Shown: positions 13,445-27,610 of the stretch, one piece after another
Numbering within the stretch: the stretch's first letter is position 1
Layout of the letters: each line of letters starts with the position of its first letter
Origin: Eledone cirrhosa
Lineage: Eukaryota
DNA: 64,000 nucleotides
Reading direction: 5' to 3'
NCBI GenBank assembly: GCA_964016885.1
Contig: OZ024743.1
Span: 292,082,001 to 292,146,000 of the forward strand
Notes under the pieces: model-generated
Databases searched by the model: none
Seen by the model: only the letters and a program-made list of their open reading frames with translations
What the model was told of the DNA's origin: nothing
Position numbers and translations under genes: made by a program

Positions 13445-14212
13445 TGTCATGATAACCACTTATCATCATCATTATCATCATCATTGTCATCATCATGTCG
13501 TCGTCGACATCGCCATACTCATCGCCATCATTATCATTACTATCATCATCATGTTCATTATCATCACTATCATCATCATCAACATCATCCTAATCATCAT
13601 CATCATCATCATCATTAATTTCATCATCATCTTCAAAATCGTCATCATCGTCGCCATCATCATCATCATTAACATAATCATCATCATCGTCTTCATAATC
13701 ATCCTCATCACATCATCATTATCACTATCATCAGTCACATGACCTTCGTCGTCATCGTTGTCATTGATATCATCATCATTGAGGTCATATTATCCTCCTC
13801 CTCTTTATCATCATCATCATCAGCATTATCATCCTTATCACAGTCCTCTCCCCCCCCCCCCTCGTCATCATCCTCATCTTCATCAACATCTTCAACATCA
13901 TTATCGTTCTGCTATTCATCATAATCATCACCATCGTTATAACTATCTTCCGCATCATCATCATCCTCATCATCTTCCTCCTCCCCTTCTTATTCCTCCT
14001 CCCCTTCTCCTACCTCCTCCCCTTCTCCTACCTCCTCCCCTTCTTTTTGTCTCATCTTCCACGTCTTCCCCTCCTACTTTCCCCGCCTCCTCTTCCATTC
14101 CTACTCTTCTCCGCCTCCTCTTCCCCCCTTTCTTCCTCTTCCTCTTCACCCTCTGCCTCCTCCTCCTAGTCGTCATCCTCATCAGCATCGACATCATCAT
14201 CATTATCATCAC
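13445..14212. repeat. (CAT)n / (CCT)n trinucleotide low-complexity tract
   Basis: Direct inspection. Confidence 0.95.
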
Positions 14213-14323
14213 GATGTATGAAGGCAATTTTGAAGTGTGAATAAAGTAGGAGATATGAAGATGGCTATAGCATTACATTGTAGACTACTGTTGGTTTTGA
14301 AAGAAGTTGAAGGTTGAATAAAA

Positions 14324-14455
14324 GAGTAGTAGTAGTAGTAATAGTAGTGGTAGTAGTAGTAGTAGTAGCAGTAGTAGCAGCAGCAGCAGCAGCAGCGGCG
14401 GTGGTAGTAGCAGCAACAGCACCATTAGCAATAGCTCCAGCAGCAGTAGCATTAA

Positions 14456-14545
<90 letters not shown>

Positions 14546-14628
14546 CAGTAGTAGCCGCAGCAGCAGCAGCGGGGTGGTAGTAGCAGCAACAGCACCATTA
14601 GCAATAGATCCAGCAGCAGTAGCATTCA

Positions 14629-14670
<42 letters not shown>

Positions 14671-14765
14671 CAGCAGCAGCAGCAGCGGTGGTGGTAGTAG
14701 CAGCAACAGCACCATTAGCAATAGCTCCAGCAGCAGTAGCATTCATAGAAGTAGTAGTAGTAGTG

Positions 14766-14806
<41 letters not shown>

Positions 14807-14886
14807 CGTAGCAGCAGCAGCAGCAGCGGTGGTGGTAGTAGCAGCAACAGCACCATTAGCAATAGCTCCAGCAGCAGTAGCATTCA

Positions 14887-14952
<66 letters not shown>

Positions 14953-15039
14953 CAGCAGCAGCAGCAGCAGCAGCGGTGGTGGTAGTAGCAGCAGCCGCAC
15001 CATTAGCAATAGCTCCAGCAACAGTAGCATTAATAGAAA

Positions 15040-15093
<54 letters not shown>

Positions 15094-15131
15094 AAATAGC
15101 TCCAGCAGCAGTAGCATTCATAGCAGTAGTA

Positions 15132-15179
<48 letters not shown>

Positions 15180-15218
15180 CAGCAACAGCAGCAGTAGCAT
15201 TCATAGCAATAGCAGCAG
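14324..15218. repeat. Minisatellite of GCAACAGCACCATTAGCAATAGCTCCAGCAGCAGTAGCATT units separated by variable (GTA)n/(GCA)n
   Basis: Five near-complete units plus partial ones. Confidence 0.95.
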
Positions 15219-16483
15219 GAGTTTTATAAAGGGTGAAATAATAGAAACGAATAAAAAGAAGAAACAGAAAACCAAGAACAATAACAGCAGCAATAACAAT
15301 CGAAACAATAATGATTGCAACAACAAAACAAAACGATCGAATACCATTTTGAATAAACAACAATAATATTGAGAACAAATAATACTGAAAAATAAAAGAC
15401 ACTCGCTGAAATAGAAAAAAAAAATGTGAGCGAACCAATGAATGTAGAAGGACAACAATAAAAGTGAAAAGTGAAACGCTTAAGAAGAATGAAATAAACA
15501 GTAAACCATTAAAAATTTGGAAAAGAGAATAGAAAAGATGCTAAGAAAGAAGAAACTAAGCGATATGTAAAATGGCTGCCAAATTCGCTCATTATCGCTT
15601 CCATTTATAGACAAGCTTTGTTCTTTTTAAGATGCTTCATGGCTAAGGCACCATCTTTTAGTGCTGGCAGATTTTGTTATTGATACTCCTCCTTCTTACT
15701 CTATCCATATAACTCTCTCTTTTATTCATTATTTATTTATTTCATTTATTTCATTCATTTTATTTATTTGTCTATTCCAAATGCTGTTGTGGAATTTGCT
15801 GTTTATCACTTTCAATTGTTTACATGTAAGAAAAAGAGAGCGTTAGATCTTTCTCAAAATAAAATAAAATTTGTTCTTTTATATCTACTTTTCCTTTTAT
15901 TGCGTTCAATTTTATTTATTATTATTAATATTATTTTATGTTTCAGTTTTGGTTATCTTTTTCTCTGCTTGATATGTTTATGTTGTTTGCTAATCTGTTA
16001 GGCTGTTTTCTTTTTTAAGATCTTTTTTTTATTTTGGATGTATTTATTTTCCTATATTTCGTTTCATATATTCCAACATGTGTTACTTATACGCTTAACT
16101 AACCATGTGAAGCTTGATCTAGCTTAATGTGATTGTGAGTATAGGTGTGTATGTTTAGGATGAGCGAGAGGCTGTGGAGAGGACATTAAGAAGATGAGAA
16201 GTGTGGAGTGGGCGAGGAAAAGATTGGACGGAATCATGGCTAATGCATACTCGTATAAATCAAGTTATGTAAATCTATACAGGCACATAGACAGATGGTT
16301 TGATAAGTATGAGAGTCAAATATGGACAATGAGCAGAGCTAGCTTGATAGATAGTAAGATAAATAGTTAGATATATAGATGTATATGTATATAAATGTAT
16401 ATTTATATTCATAATTAGTGTAAATGTATAAAGTATATGAAGAAGATAGCTAACTATACTAACATACAGACAGAGAGGATGAC

Positions 16484-16514
16484 AGATAGATAGATAGATA
16501 GATAGATAGATAGT
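16484..16514. repeat. (GATA)n microsatellite at 3' end of Tx1-A
   Basis: Direct inspection. Confidence 0.95.
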
Positions 16515-16734
16515 TAGATTTCGCTATTTGCCACAAGGGCGTACAAGAAAAGGGGACAATACAATGACATACAGTCGTATAAAAAATATAAAACAAACAA
16601 TTATAACAATCGAAATTCCCAATAGGGGAGAAGCGCCACAAATCGGTTGTTTAATACCCCGTCAATAAAACAACCCTCAACTTCAGGAGCGTGTTTGCAA
16701 GTGCTCATTTCTTCCTTTTGCTCTCTTCTTTAAC

Positions 16735-19707
16735 CTACAGGCTTATAAACAGAGAAGGCCCAATCACTCGGGCCATTTTTGCCACATTCACTCACCTTTC
16801 AGTAAATTTACTGGGATGCAGTGCCTCTCTCTCCACTCTGATTCTCCTTCTAAAGTGATACTTAAAGAAGGGAATCAATTGTTGTCCGGAGAGAAAAGCA
16901 TCTGTCCCCAGTCCTCTCAATCTCGTCCACCATATAACTTCTTTCACCATAGATACTGTACAGAGGAAAACCGCCTCTCTTTCGTTTTTGAAAGAGGCTG
17001 GCGGTTTGATCCTTACTATGGACTCGGCAGTCAACTGGATTTGTCCCATACGCGACAGCAGTTGTTCTGCATAGTTCCACAGGTCGGTTACGCCCGAGCA
17101 GTGTGCAATTGCGTGCAGGACGGTTTCAATGTCCTGCGGGCATCTTGGACACGTCCTGTTAGAAGGATCCCTTAGAGGGGCATCCGTGCCTGTAGATCTC
17201 GTCACGAACTGGTAGAGCTCCTCTGTGGCACTGCCAGGCCAGGGACCTCTGGAAGAGCATGAGTTCCATCTTGGCAAGGTGTTCACAAGGACAAGGCACG
17301 ACAGTCAAGCGGTAGTAGATGACGGATGCTATGAAAGTGTTCGTCACATCCGCTCGACCTTTCAAGGACAGTTTGCACTCTGCTCACTTCTGGGTGAGCG
17401 CAGACACCTTGGCCTTGACCTCGTTCCAGTTCTTGTCCACCTGGAGGTCTGGACCGAACCAGACCCCGAGCAATTTCACCGGTCTGTCCGTCCAGCGTCC
17501 AAAGACGCTGTCGGACGTCATCGGCTTGCCTCTCCACGTACCGAGTTGCAAACCGACAGACTTGTCCGTGTTTAGTTTTGCTCCCGCCAGTGTTTCGTAT
17601 ACTTTCAGTAAGTTGCCGTTCACCCTGATTTCCGAGTTGCTCGACACCATTACCGTCACGTCGTCGGCATAAGCCGACGCCGCTTTGCGCAGTCCCGGTT
17701 CTAGAGGGATGCCCTGCAACAGCTCCAATTTCCACAGTAGTTGCTCAAGAGTCAATACATACAGAATGGAGGAGAGAGGGCACCAGTGTCGACTGGAACG
17801 CGTGATTGAGAACGGCTCCGCTAAGTAGCCGTTCACCTTGACCATTGAGCAGATGCTGGTGGGCAGCGTCTCGATCCAGCCTCTGAAAGCGGGACCGGAA
17901 CCGGCCGCCTTGAGAGCCGCTTCGAAGTATCGATGGTCGACCCTATCGAATGCCTTAAACTGATCCAAATTGATCAGAGCCCCACAGAAGCCGGGTTTAC
18001 TTGACACCCTCTCTGTGATGTATCGCATGAGGTGGAGGTTGTTGTGTATGGACCTGCTCGGGATTGCATACGTTTGCGCTTTCCCTACCAGCTATTCGAC
18101 AACAAGCGCCATCCTCGTCGCTAGCACCTTGGCCAAAATCTTTAACTCTGTGTTGAGCAGAGTTGTGGGCCTGAAGTTGTTAATGTCCTCCCCCTTCTTC
18201 TCGTCTTTCCTGATCAACGTTACTACGCCCTTGCCTGCAGAACTGGGAATTCTCCCGTTCTGCTGCCAATTGCAGTAGACGGCTTCGAGGACGCCAGAGA
18301 ACAAGTCCGGCATGCCTATGTAAAACTCATAGGGTAGAGCATCTAGACTGAGTGACTTTCGTTTCCCGCAGCGGCCCAGAGCGTCTTGTATCACAGTGTC
18401 TGTGATCGGTTTTTCGCAGAACTCGGCGTCCTTGTTCCAGAGAAGCGGTAGGCCGTCGAGGTATGAACTAGAGTCTATTGCCCCGTTCGGCTCACCATCG
18501 TTCTGCTCAAATAGTCTCGCAAAGTGCTGCTTAAAGGCCGCGCACATTTGCTTGGGATCAAGTAGCACGCTTCCGTTTTGATCTTTCAAAGACCGAATCG
18601 TGGACTTGTTGCCAATGTTTCCCTCCGCCACTCGGGTCCAGCTTATAGCTTTCGCTCCTTCGTTTCCTAGACACAGCCTTCGTGTTCGCATCGAAGAACT
18701 GATCCAGTGCCGTTCTCGACGCTAACACTCTAGCCGCGTTGCCACTTCTAAATGCCTCCTCTACCTTGGTTATCAGTTCTCTTTCTATTTTGTTTTTCTC
18801 TAAGGCTAACTCTCTGCTAAACCCTATCGATTCTACTCTAATTGCTTTCTTGAGAGAGTACCACCATCTATTGTTGACGATGGCTCCGTTAACTGTTGCT
18901 TGACTAGTCTACTTATCCGTTCACTGTAAGCTTTACGTGCGGACAACAACACGTTAAGCTTCCAGTGTCCGGGTCTTGTCTATGTGTTCTGTCACGGTTG
19001 ACTACGCAGACTACTAATTTGTGATCTGAATAGGCAACCATGGGCATTCGTGGACAGCGTACCATCTCCTTGTCCCTTTCTCTAATGAAGAACCTATCTA
19101 AATACGATCTAGATGTCCCGCTACGGTTTGCCCACGTCCACTGTGGTGCAGTCGGGAAACCCAGTCGATACCTATCGGCCAGTTGGAATTGGCCGATTCA
19201 AGTTTTGAGGCTGTTGCACCCCCCTCTACTGGGACATGCTCCCACATAGTCCCATCGTGCATCTAGGATACCATTCCAGTCCCCCACTAAAAGTAAGAAG
19301 CGAGACGTTCCCAGAAAAGACTCTAGACGCTTAAATAAGTCTAGCCGTGATTGTGGTTGCCCGGTCGGGTCATAAACGGCCACCAGTCTGAAGGCTCCAC
19401 CTCCAATACTGTTCACGCCTAGGACTACCAGTCTACCCTCCGCGTCCAAGTGTACTTGCTGTACTTCGACGTGCAGGTTCTTCCGAAAAATGACAACCAC
19501 TCCCCTTCCACCTCCTGGCTGACAGAGAGATGCGTAGATCTCAAAGTCGTCGAAGATGGGGGTTTAGTTGCTGCCTGTTGTGGATTCTGGACTCGGTGAT
19601 GGCTATCGCATCCATACCGTGTAACCTAAGGTCGTTTAAAAGTTGGCCTGTTTCCAGGGCATCCCTAGGCCACGCACATTCACGCTTCCAACTCGTAAAC
19701 TAGCCAT
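16735..19707 (-). pseudogene. Tx1-A ORF2: apurinic-like endonuclease, RT, C-terminal Cys motif
   Basis: MASLRVGSVNVRGLG, LVAVY, VGDWN, SDH, NNFRPTTLLNTELKILAKVLA, LDQFKAFDRVDH, AYADD, CPRC..ETVLH; stops and frameshifts. Confidence 0.9.
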
Positions 19708-19748
19708 GTTGGTGGAGAAGAGTTGGCGAAAAGGACGAAAAGGTACAC

Positions 19749-21659
19749 TTACCTTTTCGTTTCCTGGAGATCGGGTTGTTGAATGTCCATTTCAGTTCTG
19801 GTGGGGGTGTTGGGTGGGCTTGGGAAACTTTTAATAAGACGCGGTTAATAGGTTTTTGACAGAGGTTGCCAACATCCTACGAAAACTGTTCTCTCAATTT
19901 CTGATAGGTTTCTATCGAAACCCTTATTAGTTTTAGGTGTGGAGACGATTGTGCTTTGACGAAAGTTTTGCCCTCCGTCTCCAACTTGGGGTTGTGGGAG
20001 ATGACCTCCATCAAACTCTTGTTATTTGTGTTGATGTATGCGTATTGTTGTTTGTGTTTTTGTTGTGTTGTTTTAGTTTGTTGTTCGTCCGGGAGTTTTC
20101 TTTTTATGGTGTGTGTTTAGGGTGCTGCTGGTGTTAGATTTGCTGGTAGGTTGATGGTTGACTGTGGTGTTGTTTGTGTTGTTGCTTGTGTCTGTGGTTG
20201 TGTGTTGGTGTTGGTGATTGGAGTTTTGGTGGTTTTGTGGTGCCTCTTTTTTTTTTTTTTTAGATTTCCGAGGTTCTCCTTCTTCTTCACTTAAAGAAGG
20301 AGAAGCAGCCTCATCTGTCGATGAATAATCATCGTTAGGAGTGTGGGGTAGGTGTATGTTGTGTGGTGGTGGTGTTTTGGTGTGTGTGTTTGTAGTAGTG
20401 TTTGATGGAGTGGGATGGGGTGGGGTTGTGTTCTTCAGGGGTGTTGTCTGTGTTTATTCTGTTGTTGTTGGTTGAGTGGCTCTTTGTTTTGGTGTGTTTG
20501 CTCGTTTCGTCTGTTGTTGTACTTGTGGTGGTGATTGTTTTGGTGTTGGTGTTGGTAATAGTATTTTTTTAATGATGTTGTTGTGGTGTGTTTGTGAAGG
20601 ACAGGACGCCTTTAGGTGTGCTGTGCTACCACAGCGAAAGCAATGAAGTTTACGACCTCCACTGAAATGTCTATTCTGTTGGTGTCGTCGATGACGACTT
20701 TTTCGAGTATTATTGAGATTTTCTCCGGCCTCATCTGCATCATAATCTCAAAATCAGTAACCGCCCACCTTTGTCTAATAGACTTTCGTATTGCAAGAAT
20801 AGCATCGGTCTCTGGCTCCACGAAGCCGGCCAAGATCCACCAGATGTTAATGTTTGGTGGTATATTTTTAATTTTTATTTTTTGTGTCCTTTTTTCCCAT
20901 GTACGTAGGGAAAAAGGTGAATGCTTTTGACACCATTGGTGTCACAGAATGTTTTGGGGCGAGTGCCTCGCTTTTAAACAGTACGGAAATACTTCCGTAC
21001 TGTTTTCCTCATTGAAGAAAGTCAATATTTGCTAGAGTCTCCTTCAAGGTGGCTTCTATGTCTCCTTGACTCACAAACATTGGCTTTCTCGTTGTGATTG
21101 AGACAGTCCTGTAGGTCACTGTCCTCCGAACTGTCTCTTCTTTTATTTCGAGGGGTGAGTTAATTCTAAACCCACCCTTGTATTCGAAAGTTACAAATTT
21201 TCTCCCTTGCTGGAGCATATCTCTTGCATTGGGGATGTCAAGATTTATAAAATCATGTTTTTTGTTATCTGTATCAGCGAAAGACATGTTTTGTGTGGTG
21301 TTGCTGTTGTTGTTGTTGTTGTTGTTATCGTTGTTAGACTCGGTGTTGGAAATCTCAATTTCTTGACGAGGTGAACATTTATGTGTAGATGTATATATGG
21401 AGTTGTTGTTGTTGTCTTTTTCATGTGTATGTATGTTAATAGGTTTACTTCCTGTGTGTTCCTGTGTGTTATTATTATTTTGCTCCGCTCCGACGGGAGA
21501 AATTTTAAAATCTTCAAATGGTAATATATTTTTCTCTTTGTAGACATTCGTATCTATGATGACGTCCATAGTAGCAGAAGCAGATATAACGTTAATATCT
21601 GCCTCCCTACTTCTCTTCTCTCTGTCGACGTTGTCTAGCGTTCTTTCCGAGCTATTCAT
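19749..21659 (-). pseudogene. Tx1-A ORF1 (gag-like, CX2CX4HX4C)
   Basis: Starts MNSSERT; HCFRCGSTAHLKASC near 20605-20645; ends MDIQQPDLQETKR*. Confidence 0.75.
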
Positions 21660-21874
21660 CTTTTATACTTGGCAAAATTTGATATTTTAAAACAATTTTT
21701 AAATTAAATTTTCGCCCTTAAAGGGGCGAAAAATGGGATTACCACCCCGCTGTCAATTCAGCTTGGGGGTTAATCTACAAAATGATATGTTTTTTCAAAC
21801 AATTAGTTCGGGTTTTTGCATAGAATTTAACAAAAAAGCTTACCGGCGATGTTCTACGCGTCAGGCAGTTAAAG

Positions 21875-21923
<49 letters not shown>

Positions 21924-21924
21924 T

Positions 21925-21987
<63 letters not shown>
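21875..21987. repeat. (GATA)n microsatellite separating Tx1-A and Tx1-B
   Basis: About 28 GATA units. Confidence 0.97.
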
Positions 21988-22235
21988 TCTTTATTTGCCA
22001 AAGGGGCGTACAAAAATGGGACATTACAAGACGTGACGTCCGGCGGTTTTACATAAAAATAACTTTAACATTAATAAATAACAATAAAGTATATATAATA
22101 AAATAACAAGTGAAATCCCCAGTAGGGGGGAACGTTATTGCAGGGTTGTTTTACACCCCGTGGATAGATCAGCCCTCAACACCAGCAACACGTTTTGTAG
22201 GTGTTCCTGTCTTCCCTCTGTTTATCTTCCTCAAC

Positions 22236-25200
22236 TTACAGGTTTATATACAGAGAAGGCCCATTCACTCGGACCATTTCTGCCACACTCACCCACCTTT
22301 CAGCGAATTTACTGGGGTGTAGCACCTCTCTCTCCACTCTCACCTTCCTTCTGAAGTGATACTTAAAGAAGGGGATAAGTTGTTGTCCGGAGAGAAAGGT
22401 GTTTGCCCTCAGTCCTTTTAACCTCGTCCACCATATTACCTCTTTCGTCATAGCCACCAAACAGAGGAAAGCCGCTTCTCCTTCGTTCTTAAATGAAGGC
22501 GGCGGGGTGATCCTCACGATGGACTCGGCTGATAACTGGATGCGTCCCACACGTGACAGCACCTGTTCGACATAATTCCACAGGTCGGTCACCTCTGGGC
22601 ACTGAACAATTGAGTGCAGAAAGGTTTCGATGTCCTGCTCGCATCTTGGACAGGTCTTTTTGGCAGGATCTCTGACAGGGCGTACGTGCCTGTAGATTTT
22701 GTCTCGAACTGGTAGAGCTCCTCGGTAGCACTGCCAGGCCAGAGACCTCTCGTAGTTATCCATAGGCCCTGGACGGAAACTCCTCTCGAACAGACTGGTC
22801 AGTTCGTCCTCCTCGATGCCTAGAGTTTCCCCGAAAATGTCGTCGCTCTTATCCTCCACTAATACCCTATAGAATGTCGAAGTGGAGTCTCCGCTGATTG
22901 CCGTTTCCGCTTGGTAGAGGGCTGTGAGCGCCTGTAAGCACGCGACGTGCCGGGCACCCATTTTCGGTCTTCGCTTGACCCAGGGATGCAGCTGTTAATG
23001 AGACGAGTTGTGGAAGAGCTTGTCTTACAAACGACAGCTACACCGGTTCATCGGTCAGGAATAGCTGGAGATGGCGTAGCCTCAGCGCATGATTGCGCAT
23101 GATCAACCACGTCATGCGCATGATCAGCCACATCATGCGCAGCCCTCCGTTAGAAGGGTCTTGACAGCAGATGGATCTCCTCACCAATGCAGCCTGTTTC
23201 TTCCAGAGGAAAGTGAAGAGTAGGCGTTCCATTTTGGTAAAGTATTCGCGGAGGCAAGGCACAACTGTCATGTGGTAGTAGATGACGGACGCTATGTAAG
23301 TGTTCGCCACCTCCGCTCGACCATTCAAGGAGAGTTTGCACTCAGCCCACTTCTGGGTGACTGCAAACACTTCTGGGTGAGCGCAAACACCTTGGCCGTG
23401 ACCTCGTTCCAGTTCTTGTCCACCTGGAGGTCTGGACCGAACCAGACCTCGAGCAATTTTCACCGGTCCGTCCGTCCAGCGTCCAACGACACTGTAGGAA
23501 GGCATGGGTTTGCCTCTCCATGTGCTGAGTTGCAAACCGACAGACTTGTTTGGGTTTAGTCTTGTTCCTGTCAACGTTTCGTATTCCTGTAATAGGTTGC
23601 CGATTAACCTGTGTCCGAGGTTTTCGACAACAGTACGGTTATGTCGTCGGCATAGGCCGACGCTGCTTTCCGCAGTCCTGGTTCGATCTTGATGCCCTGC
23701 AACAGCTCCAACTTCCGTAGTAATGGCTCAAGAGTCAGTACATACAGAATGGAGGAGAGAGGGCTTACTTGACGGATGGAACGCATGATTTGGAATGGGT
23801 CTGATAGGTAGCCATTCACCTTGACTGCCGCGCAGATGCTGGTGTGCATGGCAGCGAACCAGCCTCTGAAGACAGGACCGAAGCCGGCCGCCTTCAGAAC
23901 TGCTTCCAAGTATTGATGGTCGACCCTATCAAATGCCTTAGACTGATCTAAATTGATCAGAGCCCCACCGAAGCCAGGTTTACACCCTACCCTCTCTATG
24001 ATGTATGGCATGAGGTTGTCGTGTATGCCCCTGGTCGGGTTTGCACACGTTTGGGTTTCCCCTACCAGGTTTTCGTCGACAAGCACCAGCCTCGCTGCTA
24101 ACACCTTGGCCAAAATCTTTAACTCTGTGTTGAACAGAGTTATGGGCCTGAAATTGCTTATCTCATCCCCCTTGTTCTCATCTTTCTGATCAGAGTTACT
24201 ACGCCCCTGCCTACAGAACTGGGAATCCTCCCATTCTACTGGCAGTTGCAGTAGACCCCTTCGAGGACGCCAGAGAACAAGTCTGGCATGCCTATGTAAA
24301 ACTCATAGGGTAGACCATCTAAATTGGGTGATTTGCGTTTCCCGCAGCGGCTTAGGGTATTTTCTATTTCGCTCGCCTTGATCGGCCTTTCGCAGCTCTC
24401 TGCATCCGTGCTCGAGAGTCGCGGTACGCCGTCGAGCTAGAAGCTGAAGTCCATCACCTCGCTCGGTGTACCGCTTTGCCTGAACAGTTGTGCAAAATGC
24501 TGCTGGAAGGCCGTGCACATCTGCTTGGATTCAAGTAGAATGCCTCCATCTTTGTCTTCCAAAGACCGAATTGTGGATTTGTTGCCACTTCTCGCCTCTG
24601 CAACTCGGGCCCAGCTAACAGCTTTGGCTCCATAGTTTCTCAGAGCACGTGTTCTACTTCTGACAATACAACCTTCGTGTCTCACGTTGAAGAACTGGTC
24701 TAGTGCCGTTATCGCCGCTAGGACGTCAGCTGTACTGACATTCCTATGTGCCTCTTCTATTTTAGCTACCAGTTCCTTTTCAGATTTGTTTTTTTCTAAA
24801 GTTTTTTTCCTTGCTAAATGCTATCGATTCTATTCTAATTGCTCTCTTGAGAGAGCTCCACCACCTATTGTTGACGATCGCCCCCGTCAACAGGCACTTA
24901 ACTAAGGTGATAATCCGTTTACTGTAGGCCTTACGCGCCGGATGCGACATGTTTAGCTTCCAGTATCCGTGTCCCTGTCTATGTGTTCTATCAAGGTTGA
25001 CTACGCAGGTGACTAATTTGGGGTCTGAATAGGCAACCATGTGCATTTGTGGACAGCTTAATGTTTCCTTATCATTATGTCTAATTTAAAATCTATCTAA
25101 ATACGACCTAGAAGACCCAGTGCGGTTGCTCCACGTCCACAGTGGTGCACTTGGGAAGTCTAGTCGATATTTATCAGCCAGTTGGTATTGGCTGATGAGA

Positions 25201-25695
25201 TTGTTGAGGCTATTACACCCACCTCTATTATCACAAGCTCCTACATAGTCCCAACGTGCGTCTAAGATGCCATTCCAGTCCCCCGCTAACATTAAGGAGC
25301 GAGACGTTCCCAGGAATGGCTCCAGACGCTTGGAGAACTCTGGTCGCGATGTCCCAGTCGGGACATATACGGCCACCAGTCTGAAAGCTCCACCTTCACT
25401 ATCATTCACGTCCAGGACCACCAGACTGCCCTCCAGGTCCAAGTGAATCGACTGTATTTTGAGATCCAAGTTTTTTCGAAACAGAACAGCAACTCCACCC
25501 CCACCTCCTGGCTGACAGAGAGATGCGTAGATCTCAAAATCATCGAACATGGGGGTTAGCTGTTGCTTGTCGTGAATCCTGGACTCGGTGATGGCTATCA
25601 CATCTATACAATATGACCTGAGATAATTTAAAAGCTGGCCTTGTTTCTAGGACATACCCAGGCCATGTACATTCAAACATGCAGCTTGTAGGTGA
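22236..25695 (-). pseudogene. Tx1-B ORF2: endonuclease, RT, Cys motif
   Basis: LNVHGLG, IAITES, AGDWN, SYLDRF, LDQSKAFDRVDH, AYADD, CPRCEQDIETFLH. Confidence 0.9.
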
Positions 25696-25727
25696 ACAAG
25701 AGTTAAGGAGAGAAAAGGCAGGAACAC

Positions 25728-27610
25728 TTACCTTTTCGTTTCCTGCAGGTCGGGTTGTTCGATCTCCATGTCCAGATAGGTAGTGTTTGGGGAAGGAGGG
25801 AATCCTTTTAGCAGGACACAGTTAAGGGGCTTTTGGCAAGGGGGGCCCCACATCATGTGGGAAGTTCTCTTTTACAGTTTCATACTGTAGGGTTGTTTCC
25901 GTGATAAGTTTGAGGTTTGGGGGTGGGTCGTTGGTGGGGAAGGTTTTTCCCTTCCGTTTGTATTGTGGGGTCCTTTCGGACAGTTTCCGCCAGTTCTTTG
26001 TTTCTTGTTTTTATGTATGTGTAATGTGTTTTGTTTTTTATGTGTACTGTTTCTGTTTGTAGTTTTCTTTTTGTGGTTGGGGTTTGTGATTGTGGTGGTG
26101 TGGGTGTTTTTTTTTGTTGGTGAAGTGTTGGTTGTTTTGGTGGTGATTACGTTGGTGTGTTTGTCGTTTCTGGCGGTGTGTTTATGATGGGATTGGGTGT
26201 GCGCGTGTGTCCTGTTTATGTTTTTCTGTTTTTCTTTTGTCTTTTTTGTTTTGGGGATTTTTGGGATTCTTCTCCATTCTCACTTGGAGATGTAGAGGTT
26301 CCCGTGTCTGAGACTTCTGAATCAGGGGTAGATGGTAGGGGTATGTTGTGTGGTGGAGTGTTTGTGCAGTTATTTGTGGAAGTCTTTGACAGCTGGTGGG
26401 GAGGCAATGGAGGGTTTTTTCAGTGGGATTTTGTGTGTGTGGTTGTCTATGGTCTGTGGTGGTGTGGGAGTGGATGTTGCAGGTGTTTGTGTTGTGTTTG
26501 GTTTGGAGTGTTGATGTTGGGGTTTTTGGTGTTGGTAATAACACCTTTTTTTCCTCGGTTTGTTTAAGAGAGTGCAAAAGGCGTTTAAGTGTGCGGTTTT
26601 CTCACACTTATGGCACTGAGGTATGTTCCCCTCCACTAAAATGGAGATGACATCTTCCTCAAGGACGATCCTGTCCGGTATTTGCTCAACTCTCTCTGGC
26701 CTCATTTGTACCAGAACCTCGATGCAGGTTCCAAACCAGTTATGCCGGTCTGTCCTGTCTACAGATAGGAGGCTGTCCTCAACCTTCTTCAGGATGCAGC
26801 GTAGGATCCACCATATGTTGACATCTGCTGGGATCCTGGTTATTTTTATTCGTAGGAACTTCTTCCCATGTATGTGGGGAAGAAGATGTGTTGATCCGTT
26901 TTTATTGGGTGAACCGAGTGGTTTTGTGCCAGAGTTTAGCTCTTAAAGAGCACTGACACACTTCCATACTGTTTACCTCTTTGGAGGTATGCCACGTCTG
27001 GCTTGATGTCTTTTAGTGCAGCTTTTATAGTGCTTGTTGGGTGCGTTGTGTGTTTTTTGGTAATGATGTCAACTGTTCTATAAATTAGCTTCTTTTTCTG
27101 TGTCATTTCTCTTACTTGTGGGGTATGTGTATGTGTGGGGTGTCTCCCTCAAACGTCACATAGCTGGAAGCTTCTTCCAAATATTGGGACTTTTGGGAAA
27201 TGTCCATGGAGTAGTATTTAAAATCCTGTTGCTTAACAACTGTTGCTGCAAATGAAAAGTTGTTATTGTTTGTTTTGGTGGTGATGATGGTCTCATTCGT
27301 TGTGTTGCCACTGATTCCTTTTATTGTGTTGTTGTTGTTCTCATTTATTGTGTTGCTGTTGTTGTTTGTGGTGGTGTTAGTATTGCTAAATATACTTCCT
27401 TCTGTGTGTGGATACATGTGACGTTTGTGACGTCAAGCCTGTTCAGTTGCTTACAAGCAGCTGAAGGTTGTACTTCTTCTAAATGTTGAGGCGATAATGT
27501 TGGCATTCCTTTGTTTATGTCTGCTCTAATCTGCTGGTCAAGTAGGCATGGCTTTCCCTTCCCATCTTCTTGTTTTGACAAAGATATAGGTGCTTTTGCT
27601 TCGGCCATTT
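25728..27610 (-). pseudogene. Tx1-B ORF1 (gag-like, CCHC)
   Basis: PQCHKCEKTAHLNAFC; ends MEIEQPDLQETKR*; start approximate (MAEAKAP near 27608). Confidence 0.7.

Larger units (their letters stand above)
16516..21874 (-). mobile_element. L1/Tx1-clade LINE (Tx1-A), full length with internal ORF2 deletion
   Basis: 5'UTR, ORF1 with CCHC knuckle, ORF2 APE-RT, 3'UTR; flanked by (GATA)n on both sides. Confidence 0.9.

Noticed and set aside
13424-14240. His/Pro/Ile-rich ORFs
   Set aside because: (CAT)n and (CCT)n simple repeats open in several frames
14285-15137. Thr/Ala-rich mucin- or antifreeze-like ORF, and a CRISPR-like repeat-spacer appearance
   Set aside because: Spacers are pure (GTA)n, frames are open on both strands, there is no signal peptide or splice context, and no cas genes; it is a minisatellite
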